A stretch of DNA of 60,686 nt, counting the filler, from Basidiobolus ranarum (Eukaryota): assembly GCA_040143965.1 (NCBI GenBank). It is 8 parts of 8 records of this genome, joined end to end, with 100 filler letters (N's around TTAATTAATTAA, not from the genome) between each part and the next. Parts side by side here need not be neighbours in the genome. Positions count along the whole stretch, not along the records: positions 30,440 to 37,932 come from JASJQH010001112.1; positions 38,033 to 45,523 come from JASJQH010001113.1; positions 45,624 to 53,108 come from JASJQH010001114.1; 5 more parts are not named here. The stretch is one strand, 5' to 3'. The translations under genes and the position numbers were made by a program. This document shows, in pieces, positions 36,901 to 50,400 of this stretch (position 1 is the stretch's first letter; every line of letters begins with the position of its first letter). The notes below the pieces were generated by a model. It saw nothing but the letters and a program-made list of their open reading frames with translations. It had not been told where the DNA came from and made no database searches.

Positions 36901-37762
36901 CAAGTTGCTGATGGCTGGAGGAGTTGAGACTGAGAGTGAGCGAACCATTGTACTCAGCCTTGAGGTGGGACGAATTCGAGTCCGAAAAGAGGACAGTAAA
37001 CTATTCGGAACATGGTATGTGATTATGTGTATTGCCTTTGATTAATTCAACTCAGATATTGACCTCCTCATCTCCACTAAAAATTCTAGGATTCCTCTGC
37101 CTCGAGCTCGAGCCTTAGCCTCCACTTGTTCATTACAACATAAATTGGGACCATTTCTTGAAGATAAACTTTCCAACTATTTCCCGAATCCCCTGCCGAA
37201 CTCTATTACCGTCCCAAAACCTATGCGTCTTACCTCACGTTTACATCAAGTACTCAAAGCCAAAGCATCCACGTTAAACACCAGAAATACTATCGGATCA
37301 AGCATCGGTATCTCACCGCAATCTTTGCACCCATCGAAAAACTTCTTTTCTGGGCCGAATTATCATATTTATCAGATACTCGGTCTACAAGGCTCAAAGC
37401 AGTCCAAGAGTGCCGCTTTGAGTGGGATCTTTGGTGGACCTGGAGTAGTTGGAACCCATGATGATAAGAATGGGAAGAAATGGTCGAAAAAAGTGAAATC
37501 CAGATTTGTTAATGGTAAACGTTCACTCAAAGGATACAAACCCAACTCTCAAACATCGCCCAACCTAATGGTCGCGAATAATGAGACCGAATCCGACCTC
37601 GAAATAGAAGAAGTTAGAAAAACGATACAAATTCAGAAACTTAGTGATCCCGAATTACCATCTCTTCATACATCTTATGATCATGATACGTGTATATCAC
37701 GTGATGGTGATTTGAGTGAGGTGGACATAGGTGGAAGTGATCATGAAGATGACTTACGATGA
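33977..37762 (+). CDS. Large nuclear protein: N-terminal winged helix (Gds1/HARE-HTH-like) plus two KilA-N/APSES-like domains (exons 33977-34233, 34407-36134, 36197-36300, 36369-37014, 37090-37762)
   Basis: AILKALVELGNKPSSPKELANCIMKHKFTLLGGATPYATVSSRISQHFKR; domain 1 LMR...FCNASLLRKAA...GVWVSLDRARHL; domain 2 LMRRFDTGYVNGTKLL...GTWIPLPRARALA. Splice sites are canonical. Confidence 0.8.
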
Positions 37763-37932
37763 ATTATATTTCACTTCAACATGTTAATATCCCAATGTAC
37801 ATAAATCATGCCAATTTATTAACAATACCCAAATATTAAAAAGCAAATAGCATGATTGAATGAATGAACACTTTATTTCCTACAAGAAATTGCGAAGAAG
37901 GGGGAGGGGAGAATCTACAGGGTGTTTACATT

Positions 37933-38032
37933 NNNNNNNNNNNNNNNNNNNNNNNNNNNNNNNNNNNNNNNNNNNNTTAATTAATTAANNNNNNNNNNNN
38001 NNNNNNNNNNNNNNNNNNNNNNNNNNNNNNNN
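37933..38032. other. Artificial contig linker
   Basis: N44-TTAATTAATTAA-N44. Confidence 0.99.
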
Positions 38033-41000
38033 ACTAAAACTTGGCATATAGCTGATTCTTGTTACGGTTCACAATGAAAACAAGCTCTCTCATTTTGGTA
38101 AACTTTAATAAAGAATTGAGCCAAAATATCCTCAACTTGCAGTCAACAAATGTCCCACCATAAGTAGATGTGTCATTGTTTGAATAGATTATCCCATGGC
38201 TAAAACAATAATACTCCATATCTTGATCCATCTCACCAAGAACTCTGTCATGCAGCCCTCCTGTAAATACCATCAGATAATTACACAAACAAATTAGTCT
38301 GAGTTACATAGGTACTTACTTGGTGTCCATGGATTGGGCTTTGTTGTTGTTATTGTACTCAAACAATGCAAAAACCTGAGAACACATTGAAAGGAGCCCT
38401 TTGTTGGAAGGTTGATATACTCTGGAGTCTCCATAACCCATTGCATTACATCCATCACTGATTTTGCTGATACACTGTTAAACAGATTAGCATATGGTAC
38501 TATTGACAGTGTCACATGGAGCATCATTTCACCGCATGTGGCTCCACTGGGACTCCTAGAATCTATAGCAAGGGCCTATAATCTTTAAGCATTGTGAAAG
38601 ATGCAGCAGGGAATGTAATGAATACCAGCATAGATTCAGTCTATCTTTTTTAAACCTGTAATAAAGTTTTGCATATCCAATTACAAAATCTTTGCTCAGT
38701 CAATGTATCTGCCTGAGATCTGCCAATGTGAGTTGATGCAGTAAGAATATGTTAACAATATCCACAAACAACTCCCAATGTTACCAATACTTATCAGGCA
38801 GAAATCTTTTCAAGATTCCACCTGAATATATACAAATTCAATGCTTCCAGTCTTTGCACTTGAATTTATGCCCAGATGAGTGGATGTTGATGGGAGTCCT
38901 GGTAAAATATGATGATATCTTGGTATTTAAAAGCATTTTCCCAATTGATTCAAACTTTGATCCTATCTCAAATGCCTCATTCATATTGAATTTTCCACTA
39001 TATAGCTGGGTAAGTAGGATTGGAATGTGATTGAATAGTAAGTGCATAGTGCCTAATGGCAAGCTCTGGCTCCAGCTGATCTCCTTTAGCAATATAAACT
39101 TGGACTTACAGCTAATGCCAGGTTGATGTTGGACTGACTATTTGGTAAATTGATATCAGTGATCATGTTGAAATCTGACCAGGCTCTTGATGGTAAAACC
39201 ATGGGTTTTAGTTTTATATTTGGAAAGTAGTAATGCATATGCCTGATAGAGTACCCCATTAATTTGACAAAATCTACAACAGGATAGTGCATGGTTCCTG
39301 CAAAAACTCCAAGTTTACTGATGGTAGGAGTGTCACCAATACATATAATTAAATTGGCATTGATAAAATATGCATGGATCTGCACCTCATTACATAGCCA
39401 TTCAAATTCCTCAATCAAAGGCTCCAAGAAGCTATCTATAAGCACTGGAAATTTATGTCCAGATATGATGGATAGTATCAACATAGTATGACTCTTATAC
39501 CATTCAGAAGGAGGATGACTTATGTTAGTTAAGACTATTTGCCAGCAAGCCTTTCCAAAGGTATAATTGTTTTGTAAGAAATTGTCCAGAACCAATGCAA
39601 ATGCATGATCATACATGTTTTCAAAGAAACATTGTCTTTTCAGATTCTGGTAGTGATATCCATCAAGTATATTGGTAATACCATCAGCTTTATGGTGAGT
39701 ACTTCAGTATTGGATTGATAATTTATAATTGGGTGATTTCATCAAAACTTTATGGCTGGGAATCAACAATATGTAAACCAAATATCAATGATATTTACCT
39801 CATTCAGAAGATTGCCAATTGTGTGCAGACAGTACATGATTTCAGGTTTTTCAGATCACCAGTGAATGCCAAGTAACCATTTGGACATGAAGGTAGTTTA
39901 ATTACTGAAGGATCATAAGTCGTACAATTGACAAGTGTTTTCCAGTCATACCAGGTCTGTGGCAAGCACCAGTTGCCAATCAATTATGGTAAAAGTGTAA
40001 GAAAACCATTAAACACCTGGTTGCTAAGATGGGATTGAACTTTCTACTCTTCAATAATCACAGCTGCTTCCTTTACTGCAAGTGTTACGAGTGGACTAAT
40101 CAATTCCAGATACCAAAGAGTCCATAACAAAATCATTGTCTTCTTCTTCAACTTCTGATATACCACCATCAGTACTGGAATAACCAAGGTCAACCTTTAT
40201 CAGCATAGCCTCAAAGTTGTTTAGACTTACTGGTTTGACACAGGTTGCATTTCTATCTATATCATTTGGGTTATTAAACTGTGGTAACTCCACAGTATCT
40301 TGACTTTTGGCAATGTTATCCAAACTTTGAGGCAAAATACAGTCAGTGGACTCAGTGGGCAAAACCTATGCCAATTTTGTGCACTTATTACTGATAATAT
40401 TCACCAGGCTTTGTACAGTGACTGTGCTTATGATTATTTTTTTTATGAAGCCTCTGCCTTTCATAGCACAAGAATTTGTGACAATAATAGCAGGGCTTTT
40501 TTAAACATTTGTGATGTGGCAAGAAAAGGATATTTTGGAAAAAAGAACCCCTCCTATATAAAGGTGGTATTTTAGGTATAGCCCATCAGTGTCATCAGCT
40601 GATTCTGTGATGGTGTCAAAGATGAGACATCAGGGGATCTACAAGATCTTTCTGGTAATGGATGGCAATTTTGATTTATTGTAGGTTGTTTCTAAGCTAT
40701 TTCATTACACCAAGTTTACCATCGTAAAGTTTCAATGCCATAGAAAAACTGTTCAAAATCTAAATCAAAATTGGCTTCCAAGCCAAAGCCTGCTGCCACA
40801 AATGGAAAAAAATCAGCAAGAAGAGAGGACTTAATTGATGAGCAGTCTAGTGATCCACTATTGACTTTGGAAGGCATTAACATGCCGGAAACTAACTCAA
40901 GTAATGATGAAGCATTAATCAATTACAAGATATGTTCCTTTCCAGCAATAGTGCAAGTGAAGATATTGTAATCCTCCAATTACATAGTAAATCAATAGTT

Positions 41001-42625
41001 GAGTAAAGTTCAACCAAAACACTGTCAAGGCCATCCACTTCCAAAATGACTACTTTGCCCACTATTGAACAACCCTCTGCCAAAAATTTGGATAGAATTA
41101 TTACAACAAGGTAATCACAGACAGAGCACCATAATGATTTGTAAGCAATCATAAGTAAAACCTACAAAGTTGCTATACAGTCTATGACAAGTGATAATGG
41201 TGCAATATTGCAACTAATGCAGCATTTGGAAGTGACTAGTTAACAGTTAGCAAGTCACTCAACAATGATACATGACCTTCTGAATGCTGTACTTTAGCTA
41301 CAGCAACATGCTGCTCCCTCAATCCATTCTCATACAGGATTTCAAGCCATCCCATACCATATATATGAATATCATCATGACAATCCAGCAGAGCAGAATA
41401 TGTGTTGGACCACTAAGCCTACACAACAACTTGAAATTGCTTGTGCACATGAAAGTAGAAATCTCATAGGAAAACCAGCAAACTAAAAGGCTCTGAATGT
41501 CAGAGCTGCCAAAACTTAGGTTCTTGACTTATTTCATGTGGCTTATCCTGGGTTTTTGCAATCAAATGGCAATTGGGCTAGTACAAGCATATCATGAAAA
41601 ATCTCAAAAATGTACACAACAATTGACTAGCAAGAGAATGAAAAGTAGCTAAGGAAGTACTCAAGGAGCACAAAGTTAATAAAGCCAAGGAAAAAGCAAA
41701 GGAACCAGTGAGTTTAGGCTCTACGGTCCTACTTACCAATTTCTTTACACCATTACGGAGATCTGCATTTCTGGAGTCAGATATACTGGGAAAAAAGCTT
41801 AATTTCACCATGGAATCAGGTACCCTGGTTGGAAGAGTGGTAAATTTGGAACTTTATCCAACACCTGGCCTCTCTCAACAAGCCAAAACTGTAGCAAATA
41901 AAACTCATTGCTCTCCAACTGCTACTGGTACTTTTCAAAGTGTTGGAAATAGCCCCAAAGTTAAAGGCAAGCAAAAGCAGCACAAACACTGCCAAGCACC
42001 CCCAGTAGTGTCACACTACAAGGATGCATGAAAATAGTTAAAGTGCATGTGGAGTACTTTCAACAGCATAAAGGTAAAAACACAGTGTAAGTATGCAGAA
42101 AGTGGCTTCAGAAGAAGAACATTCAACTTGACATTCAGTTGGGAGTTGACCATGCAGATATCTGGAAAGAACTCAATACAGAGTGGCACAATATCACAGG
42201 GAATCTGCCAGATAGCTGAAAGAATGTTGATTCAGCAACATTAATAGAATGGTGGGCTTTGATGGAGATATTGATTCAAGCTCATGTTAGATATGAGCTA
42301 AACCTTGGGTATGAAGAACTCTATAAAAATATTCAATAGAATATATTACAGAAGCTATGAATTTTGAAGGTGACAAATTGGCATTTGAGTGGTAAATGTG
42401 AAAAAATTTGAGTTACATTTTTGCATATATATTGAGCCATAGTTCTCTGATATTGTAGCCAATCATGTGCAACTATTTTTTGAGATCTTGAAATTTCACT
42501 GATGAAGCTGATAAAATTGATTAAAATCAAATCTAACTTGACAATTCTATGACAGTGAGTAAATGGTCAATCCCAAATGGATGAAAATTGTGACAATTTC
42601 CCTAGAGTAACAATTCTCAAATTTA
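38033..42625 (-). mobile_element. Decayed CACTA/EnSpm-superfamily element, copy A (transposase pseudogene on -, about 38040-40360; divergent ORF2 on +, about 40735-42300)
   Basis: Tnp2-type motifs SCPNG.LAFTG, ALVLD, LILSIISG...LIDSFLEPLIEEFEWL, CIGDTP, MHLLFN.IP, FKCKDWK and HSLLHL. Many stops; homologous to copies in contigs 7 and 8. Confidence 0.85.
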
Positions 42626-42627
42626 TG

Positions 42628-42785
42628 TCTGGGACTTATGTTAGCCCATCAAATATGTCTAACTTGGTGGCTAAAGGTACTTTATGACCTTGATTGATGA
42701 CTGCACAAGATTTACTTTGGTATTGTGTCTAAAATCAAAATCTGAGGCCTTAACTATGATCAAGCACTACAATGAAGAAAAAATC
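42628..42785 (+). mobile_element. Ty1/copia integrase fragment
   Basis: WDLC*PIKYV*LGG*RYFMTLIDDCTRFTLVLCLKSKSEA matches the copia rve core pattern DLxGP...GxRYFxTxIDDxSRxTxVxxLKxKSE. Confidence 0.75.
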
Positions 42786-42849
42786 AGACATATTGCATAC
42801 CATGACATGTGAGAATGTGCGACATGAACCAACTTGTTGGGCTCTTGTG

Positions 42850-43640
42850 ATTAATTGGTGATGTTACCTCAATTCTAGTGATGAGTTGTTCAGATTTTCT
42901 TGTGAAGTAGATATCTTGTCAGGAGTCTCTTCAATTTGGAGTGATCTAATATGTCTATGCAATGGGCAAGATACTCCAATTTGCCTTTGGGAATTCTGAT
43001 TCAATAACTTGTTTAACTTTTCTCTATACATCCCAGTTGATTATTCTTGCCATAGTGTCCCAAAATGTTATTTTGAGCTCTGCAATCTCCATCAACAGTT
43101 GCTGCAAAGTCTCATGGAGTCATGGTAGATATCTATTTAGAATATCTTTTGTCTCTAAAGTTGAGGCTACAATGGTTGCTTCCAGTCCATACTAGCAAAA
43201 ATGTGAGTGGAATCATGTATTTGTTGTCTCAATATTGAAATTTGTATTTATCAGTTCACACTTTATATCCTCATGGGTCTGATTGTATATTTTCTTGCAA
43301 ACTTCTCAAGGCCTGAAGATATAGTACTCTCTCCAAAGTAGAGTCAAAAGTTGTTTCCACTTTTGTCTAATGCCTTCTTTGCCAGCTTGTGTCAAGTTTG
43401 TTAATAACTCCCATATATTCAAGCAAAAATCCATGGTGGATATCTAGGCATCTGTAAAATCATTAGATGCACATGGCTTTGTGCCATCAACTCCTTCATC
43501 TGTCTGCATATGCAAAATTTTGGAAGTGGTGGTTTCCAGTGCCAAAATAGTTTGTGAATCAGGAAGAATCTGCTTTGACATGATAGGTAACTATCATATA
43601 TATCTATGATGTTAGACTCCATTGGTTTCAATCAGAATGA
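42850..43640 (-). mobile_element. Possible non-LTR (LINE) reverse-transcriptase remnant
   Basis: In order on the minus strand: FAYAD (YADD-like), EYMGV (KYLGV-like) and YGLEA. Heavily deleted. Confidence 0.4.
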
Positions 43641-43949
43641 GAGATCTTTTTATATTATTGGTTAAATTGTGAAAGATAATTTCTATTATGTGGTCAAGCA
43701 TCAAGCATCAAGCATTCTACTTGAAGCCATTTCATTATGTATGCAAAATAATTTGATTCAGATTTAATTATGATTGACTTTGCTGATGCAATTTATTTTG
43801 TAATTTCCATGCAATTTACATAATTGAAACAATTGGGATAATAAATGCAAACAGAAATTTTATCATGCGGATTATAGGGAACTTTACCATAATAATTGAA
43901 ACTCTTGGATAAATATTGCATATGAGCAGGAGCAATTAGTATTGAGCTA

Positions 43950-44860
43950 GCTCAATACAAGATTAGTATCATACTCTCCATCTACTCAAAATGGTCATTC
44001 CTCATTAATCTAAAAGCAACTACTGGCCTTCCTCTCAACACCCTACAAGATATATTTGAGAAATACTGTGGCTCATGTACTCCTATACCTACCAGAAAGC
44101 AGCTAGTCAATTTGTCTTGTTACTTCAAAAACTGTTGTCAAATCAGATTTTGGTGCACTATTAATGGTAGCAAAAGTGGGAGATGTTTCCATAACTGGCT
44201 TCAAGTAAGTAGGAATTAGATAGCTTCAAAGATGAATGATGTTGAAGGTGCCTGGGACAAAAGATTTGATGACTCCAATTTCTTTCCATTTCCTGTAATA
44301 TTTCCCAATAGAGTTCATATCGGAAGTATTCTTGATATATATCCTGTGAGAATTAACAGGCTCAAAAGTAACCAAAAGTTATTCTGTTCTGGCAAGTACA
44401 AAGCTCACTATGTAAAGTTCTAGGCTTTGACAGATGTGGATGGAAATATCATTTGGTTGAGTGGGCAACATATAGGGAGACACCATGACAAATGGCTTTG
44501 GGTTGAGAGGCATGGACCGTTTGTAACATATGAGAAGACAATAGCTGATTTGACATATGTTGGGGAAGAATGCAGAGGGCTAGGATATGTCACAGCTAAC
44601 AAGAGGTCCAGAGGAGGGATACTCACAGAGAGGCAAAAGCTTTACAATTAGCATTTTTCCCATTTTAGGGCATACATAGAACATAGATTAGTTTTCCTAA
44701 AGTGATATAGCATTGTAGCAGGAAAGTATAGAGGAAAATCATTTTGCAGGCCTCAATCAAAGTTAGGCAAAGTAGTCATAATCTGGATTAATACTCAATA
44801 CATCCATACTCAAAGATATCCATTGAGAGTACTAGACTGAAGACATTATGAATGAAGCTT
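43950..44860 (+). mobile_element. PIF/Harbinger-ISL2EU (DDE_Tnp_4-like) transposase pseudogene
   Basis: NQKLFCSGKYKAHYVKF*ALTDVDGNIIWLSGQHIGRHHD...IADLTYVG...KRSRGGILTERQKLYN*HFSHFRAYIEH...LK*YSI...KYRG. Confidence 0.8.
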
Positions 44861-45055
44861 TCATCATCTTTTGGATGTCACTAATATCTAAAAGTACTTT
44901 TGCTAAATATACCACATTAGTAAAACTACTGTTTCTGAAATGGTAATTAACATTATGCCAGATATTGCCCAATTGTGCTAATTTGTGCTGGCACACTTTT
45001 TAGCTGACCTGCTCTGGCTCAACAAAATAGAACAAGCGTTTTCAATGATATTAGC

Positions 45056-45523
45056 TTAAATAAAAGAATTACCCTTCTTAACCCCAATTGACAACCATTC
45101 AAATTCTGCAATCAAAGGCTCCAAGAAGCTATCTGTAAGCACCAGTGATGTAGGTCCAGATACAATGGGTAGTAACAATATATTATGACTTTTATACTCT
45201 TCAGTAGGAGAAAGACTTACACTAATTAAAATTATTTGGCAGAAAGCCTGTCCAATAGTGTATTTGTTTAGGGAGAAACCATCCAGAGCCAATGCAAATG
45301 CATGATTATATGTGTTCTCAAAGAAACCTTGACTTTTCAGATTCTGGTAGTGATATCCATCACCTATATTGGTAATACCATCAGCTTTATGATGAGTACT
45401 TTGGTATTGGATCAATGATCTATATGTGGGTGATTTCATCAAAACTTTAAGACAGGGAATCAATGGTATGTAAGCCAAACATGAGCAATAATTACCCAAG
45501 TCAGTGATTGCCAATTCAGTGCA
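45056..45523 (-). mobile_element. CACTA transposase fragment
   Basis: YHYQNLKSQGFF..AFALALDGFS..ILLLPIVSGP..DSFLEPLIAEFEWL, paralogous to 39400-39800. Confidence 0.85.
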
Positions 45524-45623
45524 NNNNNNNNNNNNNNNNNNNNNNNNNNNNNNNNNNNNNNNNNNNNTTAATTAATTAANNNNNNNNNNNNNNNNNNNNN
45601 NNNNNNNNNNNNNNNNNNNNNNN
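45524..45623. other. Artificial contig linker
   Basis: N44-TTAATTAATTAA-N44. Confidence 0.99.
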
Positions 45624-46263
45624 CAAAGCACCCTCAGTGGTGTTACACTACAAGGGTGTACAAAAATAGTCAAAGTGCTTGAGGAGCATTTTGAAAAGTA
45701 GAGGGGAAAAACACAGTTCAAGTATGCAGAAAGTGGCTTCAGAAGAAGAACATTCAACTTGACATTCAGTCTGGTGTTGACTATGCACATATCTGGGAAG
45801 AACTTAATATGGAGTGGCACCATATTTCAGGGTATCTGCCAGATAGCTGGAAGAATGTTAATTCAGCAACACTTATACAATGGTGGGCTTCGACGGAGAT
45901 ATTGATACAAACTCATGTTGGATATGAGCTAAACCTTGGGTATGAAGAACTCTATAAAAGTATTCAGGAGAATATATCAAAGAGACTAGGGATTTCAAAG
46001 GTGACATATTAGTGTTCAAGTGGTAATTGTGTAAAATTTGAGTTACGTTTTTCACACATGTGTTGATCCATAGTTCTCTGAGATTTTAGCCAATCAGGTG
46101 CAACTATTTTGTGAGATCTTGAAGTTTCACTCCTGAAACTGAAATATTGATTAAAATCAAATCCAACTTGATGATTTTATGATGGTAAGTAAACGGTCAA
46201 TCCCAAATGGATTAAAATTGTGACGGTTTTCATACAATAACAATACTCAAATTTCTGTTAGGG
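45624..46263 (+). mobile_element. CACTA-family ORF2 end and terminal arm, ending ...TTTCTGTTAGGG
   Basis: Collinear with 41990-42625 and 53209-53539. The end is the reverse complement of CCCTAACAGAAA. Confidence 0.8.
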
Positions 46264-47480
46264 CTAACCAAATCGGACTATTTACACTTGCCTGTAGACT
46301 TCTCTCCATCCCTGTTCTCAAATCTTGAAACCCCCCAAGGAGGGCTTACCTCTTATTACCCATCTTTCACAAGCTTCTGTGCTAAGTGAAAGGTAGCCTC
46401 CACCATTGAACAATTGCTATAAGTGCATCCTTATTAAGACACTACCAGTTGAGTTTACAGTTGTTTTTGATTAAAGAAGCTTTAGTACTTGATCAAGATA
46501 CCAGCATACTCTTTTGTCAAGGTACAAATCATTTCTTCCACAGAAAGTTTGATATTTCATTGTTATTATCATTCCAAGAGAAACATGGGGTTTTAAACTT
46601 CCCCCTTGCAACATAGTAAGTATTATATCCACACCAGCCCTCACAATGGAAGATGTTATGCAAGCCCTTACTCAGCTTCAGCAAGAAAATAAAAAAAATT
46701 GTGCTTCTCTTGCTCAATTACCAAATTCAGCTCCACCCAACAATCCTGCAAATCCAACTCCTTAACCAAACATCATCTTATCAAATAAGTTTGATGGCTG
46801 TTGCCAAAACTATTGTGATTTTATCAACCAAGTAAACTCATCATCCAGCTACATCCCCATTGCTACCCCTCTGACCAAACAAAAGTAGGCTTAGTGGGAA
46901 CACTATTATCAGGAACAGCTCTATCTTGGTTTGCTCCTTTTATGAAAAGTCAATCTCATCTTCTTTCAAAATTCCTTGCCTTTCTTGCTGAACTGGAAGC
47001 TACATTTGGAGATGCAGATAAGGAAAGAGCTTCCACCACCAAGCTCTGTGTATTTAAACTAGGGTCAAAGCCTGCATCAACTTAAGCTGCAGAATTCCAC
47101 CTTCTTGCCTGTGATCTCAATTGGGGAGAATCTGGCCTGATCAACCAATTCAATATGGAGTCTGAGAAATTATTGAGGATCTTTTTCTCACTATGACTGA
47201 CTTGGTGACCTTGACTGATGCTATCCATCAGGTAGTTAAATGTAACCACCAGTTGTTTGAAAGACAACAACAAAGAAATATGGCTCCTTTCTTCTCTCCT
47301 TCCTCATCTACTTTCAGACCTCCCTTGCATCAAACACAAAATACAACTCAAGGAGATAACCCAATGCAAATTGATGTAACTCAATTCAGAAAGCTTAGCC
47401 CTAAGGAGAGATATTGAGACCAACAAGAGAATCTATACCTCTATTGTGGAGCTCCTGGACATGTAGCCAGAATACAGGAC
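46264..47480 (+). mobile_element. Ty3/gypsy remnant: partial LTR (to about 46612, ends CA) plus decayed gag from 46646
   Basis: KFDG..FINQV..IQLHP.CYPSDQTKVGLVGTLLSGTALSWFAPFM..LEATFGD, AAEFHLLACDLNWGESGLINQF, PMQID and zinc-knuckle remnant LYCGAPGHVA. Confidence 0.8.
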
Positions 47481-47489
47481 TTCAGATCA

Positions 47490-50400
47490 ATTTAGGATTG
47501 TTGTTTTAGGGAAAACCATCACAATTTTTGCATGTGCAAAAAACTTAACACAAATTTTTCATATTTACCATTAAAATGCTAATTTGTCACCTTTGGAATT
47601 CCTTGTTTCTTTGATATATTCACCTGAATACTTTTATATAGTCCTTCATATCCAAGGTTTAGCTCACATCCAACAAGAGTTTGTATCAATATCTCCATCA
47701 AAGCCCACAATTGTATTAATGTTGCTGAATCAACATTCTTCCAGCTATCTGGCAGGTACCCTGCAATATTGTGCCACTCTGAATTAGGTATTTCCAGATA
47801 TCTGCATGGTCAACACCAGACCGGTTGTCAAGTTGAATGTTCTTCTTCTGAAGCCACTTTCTACATACTGGCCCTGTGGTTTTCTCTTCATACTTTTGAA
47901 AGTACTCCTCAAGCACTTTGACTACTTCCATACATCCTTGCAGTGTGACACTACTGGGGGTGCTTTGCAGTATTTGAGTGGCTTTTAGCTGACCTTTAAC
48001 TTTGGTGCTAATTTCAACACTTTGAAAAGTACAAGTTAAGGATGGTGAGCCGTGAGTTTTATTTGCTGGTGCTTTGGCTTGTTGAGAGATGCCAGGTGTT
48101 GGATAAACTTCAAAATTTAGCACTCTTCCAATTGGTTTACCTGGTTCCATGGTGAAATTAAGCTTGTCAGCCAGTATATCTGACTCTGGAAATGCAGAAC
48201 TTTCGAATTGGTGTAAAGAATTTGGTAAGTGGGACAGTAGAGCCTAAGCTCACTGGCTCCTTTGCTTTTCCCTTGGGTTTACTAACTTCCTGCTCCTTAA
48301 GTACTTCTTTAGCTACTTTCTTTCTTTTCCAAGTCAATAATTGCATATATTTTTGATATGTTTCATCAATAGGCTCATACTAGCCCAATTGCCATTTGCT
48401 TGCAAAAACCCAGGATAAGCCACATGAATATATAAAGAACACTCAGAGCAATGCCTGGTTTTTGGTTTTTCCTCAATTGGCTCAAATCAAGGTGATTTTG
48501 GGCAAGATTCTGCACAGTTTCCAAAATGGCAAACTGCTCATCATCAGAGCAAGTGATGGCAGCTCTGACATTCAGAGTCTTTTGGCTTGCTGATTTTCCT
48601 ATGAGATTTCTAATATCATATGCCCAAGTAATTCAGGGTCATTGCTTCCAAATGCTTCATTAAGCAAAATATTGCAGTATTATTGCTTGCCATAGCCTGT
48701 ATACCAGCTTTGTGGTTTTTTACTTATGATTGCCTACAAATCACTACAGTGTTCTGTCTGCAATTCCCTTGTTGTAATAATTCTATCTAAATTTTCCATA
48801 GAGAGTTGTTCAATAGTTGGCAAAGTAGTGGTTTTGAAAGTTAATGGTCTTGACAGTGTTTCAGTTGAGATTTGCTCAACTGTTGGTTTACTACATATTT
48901 TAGGGATTACAATTTTGTCACTTCCACTATTGCTAGAGAGGCACAAATCTGGTTAATTGGTCAATGCTTCATCATTAATTGAGTTAATTTCTGGCATGCT
49001 AATGCTTTCCAAAGTGGATAGTGGATTGCTAGACCATTCATCAATGAGGTCCACTGTTCTTGCCAATTTTCTTCCTTTTGTGCTGGCTGGCTTTTGCCTA
49101 GAAGCAGATTTTGATTTTGATTTTGAATGCTTGTTGAATGGCATTGAAATATTCAGATGGTAAGCTTGGTGTAATGAGATTGCTTAGAGACAGCTAATAA
49201 TAAACAAAAATTGCCATCCATTAGCTGAAATATCTTGTAAATCCCCTGATGATTCATCTGTGACACCATCTCAGAATCAGCTGATGATATTGATGGGCTC
49301 TACCTGAAATACCACCCTTATGTAGGAGGTGTTCTTTTTCAATAATATCCTTCTCATGCCACAGCACAAATGTTTAAAGAAGCCCTGCTGTTAATGTCAC
49401 AAATTTTTGTGCTATGAAAGCTGGAGGCTACATAGAAAAAGTAATGACAGGCATGGTCACTGTACAAAGCCACCAGCTGCACAAAGCCAGGTGAATATCA
49501 ACAGTAATATGTACACAAAATCTACTTTAGTTTTACCCACTGAGTCCACAGGCTGTGCTTTGCCACAAAGTTTTGGTAACACTGCTAAAAGTCAAGATAC
49601 TATGGAGTTACAACAGTTATATTAACAGAATTATGTAGGTAAAGATACAACTTTGGTCAAACAAATAAGTCCAGACAACTTTGAGGATATGATGCTAGAT
49701 GATGACCTTGGTTATTTCAGTACTGATGGTAGTATTTCATAAGTTGAAGAAGAAAATGGTTTTGTTAAAGACTCTTTGTTTGCTGCCATCATTGGTACAC
49801 TCGTAACACTCACAGTAAAGAAAGTAGCTTTGTTTATTGAGGAGTGGAGAGTTCAATCCAATCTTGGCAACCAGGTGTTTACTGGTTTTCTTACACTTTT
49901 ACAATAGTTGAATGGTAACTGCTGCTTGCCAAAGACCTAGGGCAAGTGGAAAAAACTGGTCAATTGTATGACTTATAATCCTTCAGTAATTAACCTTCCA
50001 TCATGTACATATGGTTGTTTAGCTTTCACCAGTGATCTGAAAAACCTGAAGTCATGTACTATTTGAAGAAAGTTTGCAATCACTGAATCAGGTAGATATT
50101 GTTCCTATGTGACTTACATATTATTGATTCCACATCATAAAGCTTTGATGAAATCACCCAAATATATATCATTGATCCAATACCATTGCACTGAGCATAA
50201 AGCTGATGGTGTTACCAATATACTTGATGGATATCACTACCAGAATCTGAAAAGTTAAGGTTTCTTAGAGAACATCTTTGATCATGCATTTGCATTGGCT
50301 CTCAATGATTTCTCACTGAAGAAATATACCATTGGAAATTCTTGCTGGCCAATAACGTTAGTTTACTTAAGTCTTCCTTTTCTGAAAAGTACATGAGTTA

